A model generated the notes under the pieces. That model did not search any database. It saw only the letters and a program-made list of their open reading frames with translations, and was not told the DNA's origin. A stretch of 64,000 bases of DNA from Minutocellus sp. GHC0000111. Lineage: Eukaryota. The position numbers and the translations under genes were made by a program. Where the stretch lies: the NCBI GenBank assembly GCA_977018835.1, contig OZ361258.1:248001-312000 (forward strand), read 5' to 3'. How positions within the stretch are numbered: position 1 is the first letter of the stretch; each line of letters starts with the position of its first letter. Below, one piece after another: positions 24,750 through 37,543 of this stretch.

Positions 24750-26612
24750 TTACTTAGACTGCCATCTATTTGCATCCCCCCAACCACTGTAGTTTCCTTT
24801 GTCCTGCACAGATCCGCTATTTCCACCTTTCTTTCCTCTAGACTTTTGTCTATGGCGCTGATATGAGGATCGTTTAGTTCCCTTTCCAGACAAGTTTTTG
24901 CTGCGGCCACCCCCGCTTCTATCGCCCCGCTCTCCTTGCTTTCTATTTGAAATATTGATTCCTGTGACACCTCGAAGACCGATGCTCTCGGCGACCTTTG
25001 CTGTGACACTTGGAGGTTCGATTAAGCCAGCTGCCTTTGAGAAACTATTGACAAATTTGACCAGTTTGTTCTTGTCTCGTACGCCAAGTGACTTAAGTTT
25101 GGATGCATAATAACCGAGCATAGAGGCGTAGGCACCTCGAGTGGCTCTGGAGAGGCTCTCGTTCCTTCCTTCTCCAATGATTCGGCGCAAGCTGGCCAAA
25201 TCGGATGTTTTGACGATGGCATCATCCCGAGCATTTGCGAGGAGACTCTCATCATGAGCAATATCAAGGCCAGACAAATCTTTTGTGAGAAATGCTTGCT
25301 CCACCTCACTCAAAATCAATATGCCTTCTCCTTCCTTACCGGCTCGACCCGTCCTTCCGAGACGATGAATATATGTTTCTCTGGAATCGGGCATGCCGAC
25401 TTGGATGACATGGCTCACGCCGCTGAAGTCCATACCTCTTGCTGAAACATCAGATGTGAACATGGTGATACCGCCTTTCTTTTCTTTGAAACGATTGCAC
25501 GCAGATGAACGATATGCCTGGCTTTTTCTCGAGTGAATTTCAATGACCGGTCTGCTGAGATGAAAGTTGAAGATCTGTGAGTAGAACGACGTCATGTTGG
25601 CCGTTGGGAAGAACGCCATGATTTTGTGATTGGGATCACTGTCCATTATGTTTCGTATGATTTGGATCGGCACATCAATTTGCATAGATTCGGGATGAAC
25701 TACGTATCGTTGGTTGACTTGGGCGTTGGTTTGAGTAGCCGGGTCAAAATCATGTATGCAGTCGATAGTCTCGAAATCAGGACGCATACAGTCGGCCATA
25801 ACTGATCTCACACCAGGTGGCGACGTCGCAGAAAATAAATATGTTTGTCGTTTCGGGGAAAAATAAGATAAAATCCGATCAATATCACGTTTGAATCCCA
25901 TGTCAAGTAATCGGTCCGTCTCGTCAAGTACCAGGACTTTTGTTCCTTTTACAAGCTTCGCAAATGGCGTCTTATGAATCGTGGTAGAATGAAGATGATC
26001 AATCAGCCTACCCGGCGTCGCCGCAAGTACCGTCGGCATTCGCTTGCAAAGTCTATCGATTTCTTGCTTCTTGGACGTGCCACCGTACATGAAATTGGAA
26101 TTCATATTGTTTCCGTGTCGAAAGAGAATGGTTCGGGCTTGCTCGTGTATTTGCATCGCAAGTTCTCGCGTTGGGCTGAGAATCAGAATGCCAATATCTC
26201 TGCCCGCTTTGAAGTCTCTTTGTTTGAGAAGCGGTTCAATGGCTGGGAGTAGGAATGCTAACGTCTTGCCAGTGCCAGTGCGTGCTCTGCCAAGAATGTC
26301 TTTACCGGACGAGGCTTCATTGAAAGTCTTTGCTTGAATTTCCGTCATCCTGGTCAGTCCGAGGTCCTTGACAATGGCTTTTTTTGACGCCGGGTGCAAA
26401 CTCTCCACATCTACAAAACGAGGCAAGTCAGTGGCATCTCCTGCCGAGTGCAGTGAAGTACATGTAGTCGATGAGTACACTCTAATGATTGAACTTGGTC
26501 TTCCTCTCACGCGAACGCACGGTGCTGGCTGCCAGCAGCAAGGAGCGAGAGGAAATTTTCGAGCATGGGGGAGTACAGCTCTTGCAATGCCATTGCGTAC
26601 CTGCGAAAACAT
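24750..26612 (-). CDS. DEAD-box RNA helicase, Mss116/RH25-RH31-like, probably organellar
   Basis: Q motif MTEIQ, ARTGTGKT, SPTRELA, TPGRL, DETD (motif II variant), SAT, ARGMD, HRLGRTGRAG, basic Gly-rich tail, Arg-rich presequence. Confidence 0.92.
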   Translation of the reverse strand: MFSQVRNGIARAVLPHARKFPLAPCCWQPAPCVRVRGRPSSIIRVYSSTTCTSLHSAGDATDLPRFVDVESLHPASKKAIVKDLGLTRMTEIQAKTFNEASSGKDILGRARTGTGKTLAFLLPAIEPLLKQRDFKAGRDIGILILSPTRELAMQIHEQARTILFRHGNNMNSNFMYGGTSKKQEIDRLCKRMPTVLAATPGRLIDHLHSTTIHKTPFAKLVKGTKVLVLDETDRLLDMGFKRDIDRILSYFSPKRQTYLFSATSPPGVRSVMADCMRPDFETIDCIHDFDPATQTNAQVNQRYVVHPESMQIDVPIQIIRNIMDSDPNHKIMAFFPTANMTSFYSQIFNFHLSRPVIEIHSRKSQAYRSSACNRFKEKKGGITMFTSDVSARGMDFSGVSHVIQVGMPDSRETYIHRLGRTGRAGKEGEGILILSEVEQAFLTKDLSGLDIAHDESLLANARDDAIVKTSDLASLRRIIGEGRNESLSRATRGAYASMLGYYASKLKSLGVRDKNKLVKFVNSFSKAAGLIEPPSVTAKVAESIGLRGVTGINISNRKQGERGDRSGGGRSKNLSGKGTKRSSYQRHRQKSRGKKGGNSGSVQDKGNYSGWGDANRWQSK

Positions 26613-28045
26613 CGGAAGGAACAACCTGCTTTGCTAAGTTGCTTCACTCTACTCTTTGGCATAGCAGCCGCTGGAGCGAGGGGACGGCCACGGGCGTCTT
26701 ACAACCCCGAAATCCACATACGAGGTCCTAACATTGCTTCCAGCCCGAAACTTTTGGTTTTTAGCAGCAGCGCGGTCAATGCTCCGCACCGGTAGTAGCT
26801 AGCTAGTACCGCTATGAAGCAAGTCAAACATTACAGGCCAGTATCACTAGGTTCAGTAGACATGAGTCTCATGCAGAAAAGACGAGATTCAAGAATATTT
26901 TTTTACCAAACCAAGAGATCTTTTTTTAAATGGACTGCTGCTGCTGCTTGCTTGTGTTTTGTGTGATGTGTGCGACGGAAGGTTGGTTTCTTCTATCTAA
27001 CACCGATTCGGATACAAACTGCAGTGGAGTGCCTTGAAACCAAGTGGGTCATTTTCACGCGGTGCACCGGTCTGCCTATCAACAATCTTTGATCCTGGCC
27101 AGCTTGCGTGTTTGCCATTCCTTGCTGCGATGGTGAGAGCTGAACCCTGGCCTCTCATTTCTCGAAGCAAAAGCATGCTTTTCCGCATTCAACCTTGGCT
27201 CCGACTTCATCTTTGGCCCTTTGAGTTTCTCTTGAATCAAATGCCCAAGCAAAACATCGTCAGGACACACAACGGTCGACGGAAAGGCGAGTTGTTGCTT
27301 TTCGCGGGCGGGTCGAGTGGCTCACCTAAAGCTGGACCAACTCACGTGTCACTTCACCATCATGTGTCGTGTCTTGCCCAAGAGCCACTAGCACCACCAC
27401 CACCAACTTCACCACATTCTCGAGAAGTGCATCCTCCACAGCTCAATGAGTTTCTCGAATTGTTCTTCATGCGACACATGGAGTTCATCGGGAGGGCGAG
27501 AGGAGGCCAAATCCGGTGTTTTTGTCGCGTGCGCATCTCGTTTACGTTCGGTTTGATCAAATAGTGACGTCACACCCCTTACTACCTTACGTAGTAGGCC
27601 TAGTACCGGGCGGCGGCACTTCCTTCATCCAGATCTCTCACTTTTCAACACTTATGCCCCAAATCAAACAAATCAAATCGACGTACAATGAACAGACCGA
27701 TTTTTCTTCTAATATTTATTTGGGAGTGGATCGAATCTCCGCGAGCCGGCCGGGCACCCAAATGGCTCGACGACACCTGTCCGGCGCGGCACTTTCACTT
27801 TTGTGTCTTTGGAGCCCTCGGAAGAAGACTCGAGGTGCACGCTTGCAAGAACCACCCCCAAGTGCTCAACACCTGCCGCTGCGCCAATTCAACGCTCGCA
27901 CCCTCACATCTGCAGGTAAATCCGGCCAACCGTTGAATAGCATTGCACTTGCCGCACCGAGCATTCGAATTAATTGAATTGCACGCCGCATCATCCTTTG
28001 CGGTTGTTATCCAGCACATCTCGTGTTTGCCGACTTTTTCGACGA

Positions 28046-28068
28046 TTCATTCATTCATTCATTCATTC
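28046..28068. repeat. (ATTC)n microsatellite
   Basis: About 6 tandem attc units. Confidence 0.85.
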
Positions 28069-28295
28069 GGCCGTCGTCCAGAACTTCTCGGCTGACTTTG
28101 GAAGTTGTCTTTTCTTTCTCCATTGGCAGACAAAGTAGGGACAGAGGAATCTCGTCATTGAACAAGCAGTTGAGATAGAATCGCATCCTTGAATAATCAG
28201 GCTGCATCTCGCTCTCTCATTCTGCATATCATCGAACCCAAACAAAAGAACAAACCAAACGAGTACCAACTACCCAGCAACCATAAAGCAGAACC

Positions 28296-30089
28296 ATGCT
28301 CGACACCGACTGCATCTGCGCCGACGGCGAGCCCGTCGTGGACCCTCCCGCCGTCCAGAAGCCCTCGCCGCCCACCGCGGAGGACGAGAAGACGGCCCCG
28401 CTCGACGAGACCTTTGACTCCCTCGCCTCGTCTGGAGTCATGGCTTCTCGCAACGTTTCCATCGAAATTGTCAACCAGGACGTCAACACGCCCGCCGACA
28501 CCGGCAAGATGATCTCGTTTGCCGACGACGTGACCAACCTCGAAGAGAAGAAGGACAACGACGGCGACGACGAGTTCGCCTCGGAGGAGGACCCCCACAC
28601 GGCCATCTCCGTCCTCGAGACCGACTACGACGTCAAGCCCACCGAACTCTACTCCCTCATCGAAAAGCGCCAGTGGGACCACGCCCTCAACCTCCTCACC
28701 AACCTCGCCAAGTTCGCCGCCCTCACCCAGGCCAGCACGTGGGTCGTCCGGAAGGAGCCCGACACCGGCAAGCTCCGGTGGCGCCTCCTCCCCCTCCACG
28801 CCGCCATCATCTTCCGCGGTCCCCTCCCGGTCATCGAGGCGCTCGTCCGGGCCTACCCGGGCGCGGGACGGTGCCGCGACGATCAGGGCATGACGCCCGC
28901 CCACCTTGCCTTTCGGAACGATGCTCCCGACGAGATTATTGGGGAGGTCCTGGGTGCGTATCCCGCCGCCATCTCCATCCAGGATCGCAAGGGACGGGAA
29001 CCGCTGACGTGCGCCGTGGGGTCCAACTGCACCAAGAAGTCCCGTGCCAAGCTTCTCGCCACCTATTCGTCCATCGCCATGGCCGGAGAACGCGAACGGA
29101 TCCTCCTCGACGAATCGTCCAAGCACGAGGCCGAGATGGCCGTCGTCCAGGATCGGCTCGACGCCGCCTCCCAGGAGGCCGGACGGGTGGCCACCCTCGC
29201 CCAGGAGCTGGAGGAGAGCGCCGCCCGGGAGACCATCCTGACGGAGAAGGTGCAGGATCTCACCAAGGCGTTGGAGGCCATGACTGCCATGCGCTCCTTC
29301 GAGGCCAAGAAGCACAGCGACGAGGCCTCCCAGTGGAGTGCCGTCGAGCGGGAGGTCATGAGGTCCCTCAACAAGGAGGGGGCCGATGCCGAGGAGGAAG
29401 GTGCCGACGAGGAGGCCGATGGCGGCGAGACCGCCACCAGCGGTACCAGCGGAAACAAGGACGTCCTCCGCTCCTCCATCGACGACCTCGTTACCTCCCA
29501 CCGCCGTCTGCAGGCCGAGCGCGACGAGCTGGCCGAGCGCAACGACGTACTGAAGAGTTTGCTTGAGAGGACCGTCGCCGAGCGGGATGGCGTCGAGGCC
29601 ATCCTGTCCAAGTTGGATCAGGACATGGCGGCCGCCCAGACGGTGCGAGAGCGCATGGTGGCGGCCATTGCCAAGCAGGAAGCGGAAGTGTATGGGTTGG
29701 CGGCCAGAGAGCACGATGTCATGCGTGGAATCCTTGAGAGACGTGAGTAGTTCCGTCGTATTTGGACTGTGATTTGGCATTGTGTATTTGCTTTTGCGGC
29801 TCTTTCAATACCTTACATTTATCTCACTTATACTGTGTCTTTGACTACTTTATATCATTATCGATCTACAGAACGCGATGAGATGGAGGCTGCCCTCCGT
29901 TGCGACAGCCTCGAGGATCAGGAGGCTCTACGTCGAACCTACTCCTCCAACAGTCTGCGCGGCCGTGGCCGCAGCGACATGTCCGAGCTGGGACTGGGCG
30001 GTGCCGAGGATGGCCGGACCCCTCCCCGCTCTCCTCGTCACGACCGATCCAAGAGCCCGTACAACCGAGCGGCCACCGCTGGATACTAA
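28296..30089 (+). CDS. Ankyrin-like plus coiled-coil protein, 2 exons; paralogue of 17446-20608
   Basis: PTELY...KLRWRLLPLHAAIIF...DDQGMTPAHLAFRN...DRKGREP. Intron 29743-29871 joins in frame to QRDEMEAALR...AGY*. Confidence 0.85.
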
Positions 30090-30116
30090 GTGCGGAACTG
30101 GATACTAAGTGCGGAA
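30079..30116. repeat. Perfect 19-bp tandem duplication spanning the stop codon
   Basis: ctggatactaagtgcggaa x2. Confidence 0.9.
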
Positions 30117-30358
30117 CATGCGATTGATCACACAGCGATGAACATGCACACTCACAACCGACCACCCTCTTTGTACAACTATGGGCCGTTGGGCCTTCAT
30201 CACACTATGAACGTTCTTATTTTTGACAATGCACAAGACAAAAAGAAACGCAGTATTGTAGACGAGATGGTATAAACCGTCAAGCTCAATTACTAAATCG
30301 TAAAAATTATTCACAACACATTCTCAACAAGACTTAGATCCACTTTGTTACTATCAAC

Positions 30359-32041
30359 TCACGGAACGCAAAGACCCGCTGTTGTGAGCTTTGCCTTGAG
30401 CTCTTTGTTTTCAGCCTCATAAAGCTCTGCCCGCTGCTTCCAGCCGTCCCGTTCCTTTTCTAATTTTGCCATGCGCTCCTCTATTTTTTCCCATGGCGAC
30501 TTAGCAATGAGACCCTTGGCAAGCAGCGGTTCCTTCCGAAGCCAACATCAAGCTGCCACTCTCCTTTATTTGTTGGGTGCCCCGACTTAACACCGACGGC
30601 CGCTAGCTGAAAGGGATACAGCTTTGTTAGTCCGTCAGGAGTTTTCAGCGCCCGCGGTTCCGCTTCGATTATTTGCTCGATAAGGTCAAGCTCTCTGTCA
30701 CCTTCAACAGCAAAGTGGAGGGGCAATCTTTCTCTCCTGTCCAGCGTTCGTAGTGCTGAGGGATCAATTTCAATCATGGTTACAATGCCATCGTCAAATA
30801 CATACGCAGAATCGCCAGTTTTGGTAGAGCAAGCCAGGCTGAGGGGTGAGCATTTTCTCTCAGGGTGACGACCTCTGACAGACCCTGGTACATTCTTGAT
30901 GATTGAAGCAATGGTACTAAAACAAAGCTCATAATCTAATGCAGTAAATTGGAGAAAGGGGTCAACCTTCTCTTGCCGCGTTTTCTGCGATTCCTCATAC
31001 CCGAGAGAAAACTGCGACTCGCTTGTACAACGAAGAAACTCCAGGAGCAAATCCAGTGCCTGCTTCGACCATTTGCGGTTCAACGTATAGATGCCACGGA
31101 ATACCGCACTGAATTCTCTGACGAAAACGTATTCTGTCTCGCTCGGTTTCCAAGTGAACAACTTTGGATACCAGTATGATGCATCACGCGTGAATTGACG
31201 CAATATATCCAAACAATCCCCGAAGCTATCGTTCGGAATTCTTTTGGACTCAAATTGAATTGAGGTCGCTAATCGAGCTACTCGTTGAAGCGGGATTCCG
31301 TCCCATGTTATGAGATTGCTCCGGTTGTATTTTTCTGGGATAGTGTTGTAGGTCATCAACGCCGATGGAAACTTTTCAAGCACAGTGGATATATCATTGG
31401 CAGAGATAAATGCGTTCTTTCCTTGTACAAGTATCTCAACTATGCCATGAAGCGGCAAAGGTTGGATTTCGCATGCCTAGGGCTGTGACTAATCCATCTG
31501 ATAATTGTACGTTTCGCATCATCATGTCAGACTCTAAACAAAAATCGAGTATGCCATGCAGAACGGATGGGTAGTCGTAGCGTTTGTTTGCATCTAAGAT
31601 AAACGTCCCTTTCGCTTCCTCTGGGAAATCCTTCATCCTCTGAAGAACGGGTGACCAATCTGTGGTGTACGGTGGCATTGTCAGCTCCTTCAGTTTGATT
31701 GAAGCGAAATGCTTAACCCATGTGATTTCATTTTTTCCTCTGTCAGTATCAGAATAAACTGATGCGTAATACTTGCGGAAGTGTGGAGGGGGCTCACGGC
31801 CCGGAGATTCGCTCACCAAATAAGTAGTGCATGTTCGCAACACACTCACAGCCATTGGTTCAGTAATATTGTACTTCCGCAGGAAATGCTTTTCGGTTTG
31901 GTCAGCCGGCCCGCCATTAGATCTATCCCCGTAGCCACCAGCGCTATGCTGGATGTCCAAAAATGCCTGCCTTATTTCCTTGATAAAATCATACATTGGA
32001 GGGAGCACCTTGGCTTTCTTGTCTCCTCCCTCGGCACTCAT
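30359..32041 (-). pseudogene. Diatom-type ankyrin-like protein with a short coiled-coil tail; frameshifts ~31460 and ~30545
   Basis: LPLH motifs and IEAEPRALKTPDGLTKLYPFQLAA. After QLDV another frame reads LRKEPLLAKG...EERMAKLEKERDGWKQRAE...CVP* (stop 30359). Confidence 0.7.
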
Positions 32042-32590
32042 TGCGTTTCTGGTTTGAGCTCGTCGCGCAATAAGTTCCAGTAGGTTCCTATACACTTGTC
32101 TGGGGCCAAATGGGAACCGATGATTCTTTGAGGGAAACGTTCCTTCAACAAAAGTTAACCAGGATAGCAGGTGTGCCAGTAATTAGCTTGTGAACGCCGG
32201 GGAACATGACCTGGACTGAAGAATGAGGCAACATAACACGAAGCTGCCGGCCTGCAGCAGCAGCAGCAGCAGCGCAAAAACCGGGTATTTATTTGTCTGT
32301 CCTTCTCCCGTTATCGTTCATAGCATGAGCCGATGGCGGATTCACTCTCTCGGCGCGCTCTCACCTGGGTTGCATTCGTTACTTGTTTGGGGCCTCTAGC
32401 TACGTAGTAGTACCGGTACCTGAATCAATATTTGTTGTCTATATATTTATGTTTACTGTTCCGTGTCTTTGATTATTCAAGATGGAACTTATTTTTTTAA
32501 TCAATGAACACATAATGAATTCCCGCAGTGAGAGTACCGGTACTGCAAAAGGATCTACCGGTACCGGTATTACTGATACCAGGCCGAAGA

Positions 32591-34667
32591 TTACCAGGCC
32601 ATGAGCATACCCCCAATGGCAAAGACTGTAAAGAAACGGATAGTGAAAGTTCCAGATGCAGCCGCAGCAGAAGTGACAGACTTGCCATTCACACCTTCCA
32701 TGGTTTCGCCATCACTGGGAATCAATGGCTCGGCACTGGCAACGGTGGCCGGAGCATCCGGGAGGTTGTTCCAAACCTCCGGGCCAGGGGTCAGCTCATA
32801 CGTTCCCGTGGTGGTACAAACATCGGTCTTGAACTCAAAGCCAGTGGGTGGCTTGATGTTCTTGAGACAAAAGTTGACGAACTCGCCCTCCCACGACGAC
32901 ATTTCATAGGTCGCCATCAACGTCGGGGTCAAATTCTCACCCCAACGATTTTCGACAAAGTTGCGAGGGCTTCCATGATAAGAGTCCTCCCGTTGACGGG
33001 TGACACTCGTCAGAATGGCATTCTGGGGAGGTGCCTCCTGCCTGACCATGTACGAGTACTTGACCTCGACGGTGCACTCGGTGGAGTTGGAAGGGAGATA
33101 CTCGTGACAAGCGGTACTATCATCGCCCATGATGGTGCACGTAACGTCCATGGTAACACCGCCGCAGTTGATACCCTCCTGCGAGATGGACAGGTTGGAC
33201 CCCTCGTCGGTGGGGATCTGCTGGAGAGGACAGCCCACGCAGGCCACACCCTCCTCCATGCATGTGCACTTGGAGCAGGCATCGTCCAAGAACCACTCGT
33301 CCCCGGGCTGACGGCAGGCGCCGCTGGGATCGGCACAAAGTCCCTCGCCGCATTCGGGCAGGACCGATGGGTTGCCACCGTCGCAGGCGGTGACGCCGCA
33401 TCCCATCATGCCACATCCGGCGGCACAGTATCCATCGGGACCGTCGGTAGCGAACCACTGGCAGGTCGAGGCACCATCGCTAAGAGTAGTGCCGGTACAC
33501 GATCCACAGTCCGACTGCATACTGCAAAGCTCATCGTCGGCACCGTCGTTCTCGGCCTGCTGGCAGATGGCTTCGGGGGTGCCATTGATGAACTCCTGAG
33601 AGTCTGTGGGTAAAGATGGAAAATTGGTACAAAAGAAGTAAAATAACACGGTGAGAGAAAGAATAGCAAAGCTGCACATTTTCTCCGTATTTGGCGCAAG
33701 CCTGATCCATACGGAATCGTATGTTCCATTCGTGAAACATCGAATACTCACAGCAAGCCACATCCTGCGGTGCCTCCATGCAGCTGGCGAAGCACTGTCC
33801 GACACTCCAGGCATCGCACCCATCGGCATTCAGACATTCTCCACAAGTTGCCAAGCTGCCACAATCCACCGGAACGGGCGTCGGCGGTGCCGGGCATCCC
33901 GCCGGATCGGTATCGCCACACTCTCCCATCATGTTGCAACCCGGCGGGGCGCAGTATCCCCCGTCCTTGAACCAGGCGCAGTTGGTGCTCCCATCTGCCA
34001 AGGGGGTGGCCGTACACCCCCCGCACTCCGTCTGGGCAGCGCAGTTCCGTTCGTTGGTCTCGTCGGATTTGGCAATGTCGCACAGCTCCTCGGGCGTCTT
34101 GTCGGCGTTGAACACCGTGTTGTAACAGGAGGCATCGGCGACGGCGCAGGTGTCGTAACAACCGAGGCCGGAGTTGTACCAGCTTCCACAGGAGGGGTCG
34201 GTCAGACAACCCAGGCAGGTGGTGTAGCCGCAGTCGTCCCGGGCTTCCTCGGGGGGTGGCACAAAGCCGGGATTGACGATGCCCGTTCCGGTCGACTGGA
34301 AGGTCGGCGGAGGCACCGTGGGGGGGACGGGCGGTTCGGTCGGGGCGGGAGTCGGCGAGACGGTGGGGACGGGCGTGGGGGCCGGGGTGGGAAAGATCTG
34401 CCGTCCGTCGCCGGAGCACACCACCTCACCGCAGCCGGGGGGTGTCAGTTCGCACGTGTAGGTGTCGCATTGCAGGGTGGGGCAGGCGCAGGTGACGCCA
34501 CAGCTTTCCAGGGTCGGAACGCACAATGTGCAAGTATCTCCGGAGGGAAGGTTGAAGGTCGAGACGTCAAAGGGACTTTCGCCGGGACATGCTGGGCCTT
34601 GGGGTGTCACCGCAGAAAGTGATGATGCCAAAATGATTAGGGCAGAGGGGTTGAAATGAAGCTTCAT
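32591..34667 (-). CDS. Secreted/surface Cys-rich protein with PSI-like modules, Pro/Thr linker and hydrophobic (GPI-like) C-terminus, 2 exons
   Basis: Signal peptide MKLHFNPSALIILASSLSA and CLGCLTDPSCGSWY...ADASCY modules. Intron 33604-33751 restores DVACYSQEF. Ends FFTVFAIGGMLMAW*. Confidence 0.85.
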
Positions 34668-35262
34668 CTTGCTTTTGCTATTGTGTGAGCGTTTGTTGCG
34701 GGCGGCAAACAAATTCGATTGGCACGATATGTGCTGGTTTTGTGTGTCTCGTATCTTTAGAAATAAGATACAACACTGTGTGTGTTCAGCCGCGAAGAGA
34801 CTGCGCCAAGATAAGAGGATACCAACACAGTTATCTGTAGATGGTCCTGCACCTCTCGCCGTTGATTGCTCGGCAATCGTATCAATTGCCGCGTTGCTTC
34901 TTCAATTCGAACCTTTTCGCCTCTCGATCGGCACATGGGAGGTAAGTTGAAAACCCACAAAATCAGTTTCTGGTTGTTTATGGAGGAAATCCCAGCTTTT
35001 CAACGGAAACAACACCTCCAATCTCTCTGAGGGTCCTCATTCTCTGCAATTTCGCACTTTTGGTCGGAGAGGATCCAAAACTCGCCGATCTTTCTTTTGT
35101 GGGAAAGCAGAGCGCATGCAAGAGGTGAGCGATGGACCGCATGGCGGAGAAGCACTCTTTGTTGGATGCTTACTGCAAGATCCGAACGAACCTCCAAGGC
35201 ACATTAACAATCTGTGAGAGTGAAAGGATTTCAGCTCATCCTCCCCCCATCCATCCAAATAA

Positions 35263-35586
35263 ATGTACGGTTACGGAGTCCACCATCGGATCAATCGTAT
35301 GGCTGGAGGCGGTGGGCGACATCGCACAAGGCACAGTTCGCATCGATCATCAAAGACATCATCATCGCCCTCCACCATATCCATCACATCCTCTTCAAAG
35401 ACTACCACAAAGGGTGGAGTATCGCTCGAGGTGCGACGACAACTGGCCTGTCGGCGGGCCTGGCGGGCTCTCGACTTTGACGATCTCGAGGAGGCCTCGG
35501 ATCCTGGTCGCGACGATGGCTTCTCCTGGTCACCCGATCGGTACGACGAGGAGGAGTTTTGGAGTCAGATCCAGCACAACAAATGA
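35263..35586 (+). CDS. Possible small hypothetical protein
   Basis: 107-aa ATG ORF with a Ser/Thr-rich middle and an acidic C-terminus. Confidence 0.4.
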   Translation: MYGYGVHHRINRMAGGGGRHRTRHSSHRSSKTSSSPSTISITSSSKTTTKGGVSLEVRRQLACRRAWRALDFDDLEEASDPGRDDGFSWSPDRYDEEEFWSQIQHNK

Positions 35587-36073
35587 ATCATTTGCCAAAA
35601 TCCAAGCGACAAATCTTCGATCGATAACGACGATATGATGTGGCGCCATCGCCAAAGAGCAAGAAAATCTACATTAACTTTCACACAGTCCACACTGTAA
35701 TAAATCCGCCCCCACATCAACAACCAAAGCCAATCCAAATCATTGCACATATATGCCATCTCCCGAGGCAGGAAGCTCTCTGCATAGCTTCTCAGAAATT
35801 TTCCAAAACACAGCTAACATGCAGCTCAAAATTCTACATAGTACACATATTTAGTTCCATATTACAAATCAGCAAAGAACTTTAGTTACTTACTTGCGAT
35901 ACCCTCCGATTACGTACATGTGAGTCGATGGAACAAGTGAGAATCGATCTTGCTATTGGGTTCTGAACACAAATACTTCTTTTGTTTTCTTTTGCCTGGC
36001 TACCCATTAGAAATGAAAGCTCTGGGCGTATACAATTGTATTAGTACGTAGTGGCTATGAACTTATCTTTTGT

Positions 36074-37102
36074 CTAAATGCCATGACAAAAGCATCCTTT
36101 GGTCAATTCTTCAGGATAGTACATGTGCCCGTAGTCACGATGGCATGCAAGAATCTCGTTGCTGCACCATTCCTGGAGGAATTTGGGATCTCCGTCAGGC
36201 GCAACCACCATGCATGATTGACCACCAGTCAACTTGTCGAAGAACCAAACCAACAACTCTCTGCGAATTTCCCTCGGAAAAGACCGAAGCTGGCGATAAA
36301 GCTTTGCAATCATAGTGTAATAGGTATTATAGAAGGCCTTTCCTTCATAACAGTCGCATGAGCACGCCTCGCCTGCCAGTTTGAATTTCATCCTTTCGCG
36401 AACCTCCTGTTGAATATCATCTCTTGGGTTTTGTAAATAAATTACCCGAACCCCCTCCATTTCGTATGCAACCTTCACAATGAGTCGATAGAGATTACAC
36501 CAAGCTCCAGCCCGCTCCGAACAACTGCATCGACAATTTGGATCGCACGCATCAGCGCAAAAGTTCTTGGGGCCGAAAAGACTTGCAAGCCAATCCTTTG
36601 ACTCTTGATCGAATTCTTCATGGTATTGCTTGCTTGTTTGTCCCGGCTGGAATCGCAGGTTGTCCCACAGCTTGCACAAGGCTGCAATCTGATTGACCTG
36701 CGAGTCATTGCAAAATCCGGTCGCAGCATGGACATATCTCCACCTTTTGGTGTCGTCGCATTCCTGCCCCCTGGATCCGATCGCCCCTGTTCCGCCCGAA
36801 GGGACCCATGATGAGTCGCCATTGTTTCGGCGGTAGTACCCCGCGCCAGTGTGCGTCCTGACGTTTGCAAAAATGGCATCCAGATCATCCAGGGCCATAT
36901 TGCGTCGAAAAAGTTGCGTCTTGCCCGACGTTGGATGTTCCATACACGTCGCCACGGTCCCTGTTGTGTAGTAGACGTTCACTCGGACGGTTCCAGCTTC
37001 GTCACGGAAGGCAACGACACGACTTGTCTCGTTGAATTGGATCTCTTCGTAACCGTGGCGCGTGGCCACAGTCCGGACTGAGCCGAGCGCAAGAGGCGAC
37101 AT
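36074..37102 (-). CDS. Conserved-looking hypothetical protein, 342 aa
   Basis: Intact ORF. N-terminal domain VRVNVYYTTGTVATCMEHPTSGKTQLFRR...RTHTGAGY, followed by a Cys/His-rich C-terminal half. Confidence 0.75.
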   Translation of the reverse strand: MSPLALGSVRTVATRHGYEEIQFNETSRVVAFRDEAGTVRVNVYYTTGTVATCMEHPTSGKTQLFRRNMALDDLDAIFANVRTHTGAGYYRRNNGDSSWVPSGGTGAIGSRGQECDDTKRWRYVHAATGFCNDSQVNQIAALCKLWDNLRFQPGQTSKQYHEEFDQESKDWLASLFGPKNFCADACDPNCRCSCSERAGAWCNLYRLIVKVAYEMEGVRVIYLQNPRDDIQQEVRERMKFKLAGEACSCDCYEGKAFYNTYYTMIAKLYRQLRSFPREIRRELLVWFFDKLTGGQSCMVVAPDGDPKFLQEWCSNEILACHRDYGHMYYPEELTKGCFCHGI

Positions 37103-37543
37103 TGATGATAGATATGTGCAAGTGCAAGGCAGTAGGAATTCCTAATAAGATGATGAGCAACGTCACGATGGACGTTGGTTGCTCTGTGCAGCTGCTTTGC
37201 TTTTGCCACCCATGCCACCATACCACCACGCAAGCGACCGAAAAAGTGTCGAGGCGAATGAGGACAAAATAGGGGAAACACCCAAGCAAGCATCGAAGTG
37301 GTCGGTAGACTCGGGCTAACAAAAATATATGTGTATTTGATTTCCACATTACCGGTAAGCAAACACCCCTAAAGAACTCTTGAATCGATTTATCTTCCAG
37401 AATTATCACAAATAACATTCATGGTTTAGATAGTAAATAAGTAAACTGCATTGGGATTCATTCTGTCGTTTCTATTCTACTATTCTTGAAGAAAATTCAC
37501 AGGAAATTATCCTGCTGCAATCAAAAGGAAAATGTGCCGCGCC

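Noticed and set aside
26900..28000. ORFs 27034-27564 and 27516-27977
   Set aside because: Non-ATG starts and no protein-like features; more likely intergenic or repeat-derived.
28197..29780. Long antisense ORFs (e.g. 28197-29780 -, 10060-11268 +, 32528-33613 +, 61596-63134 -)
   Set aside because: They are shadows of GC-rich coding sequence on the opposite strand and carry no recognisable motifs.
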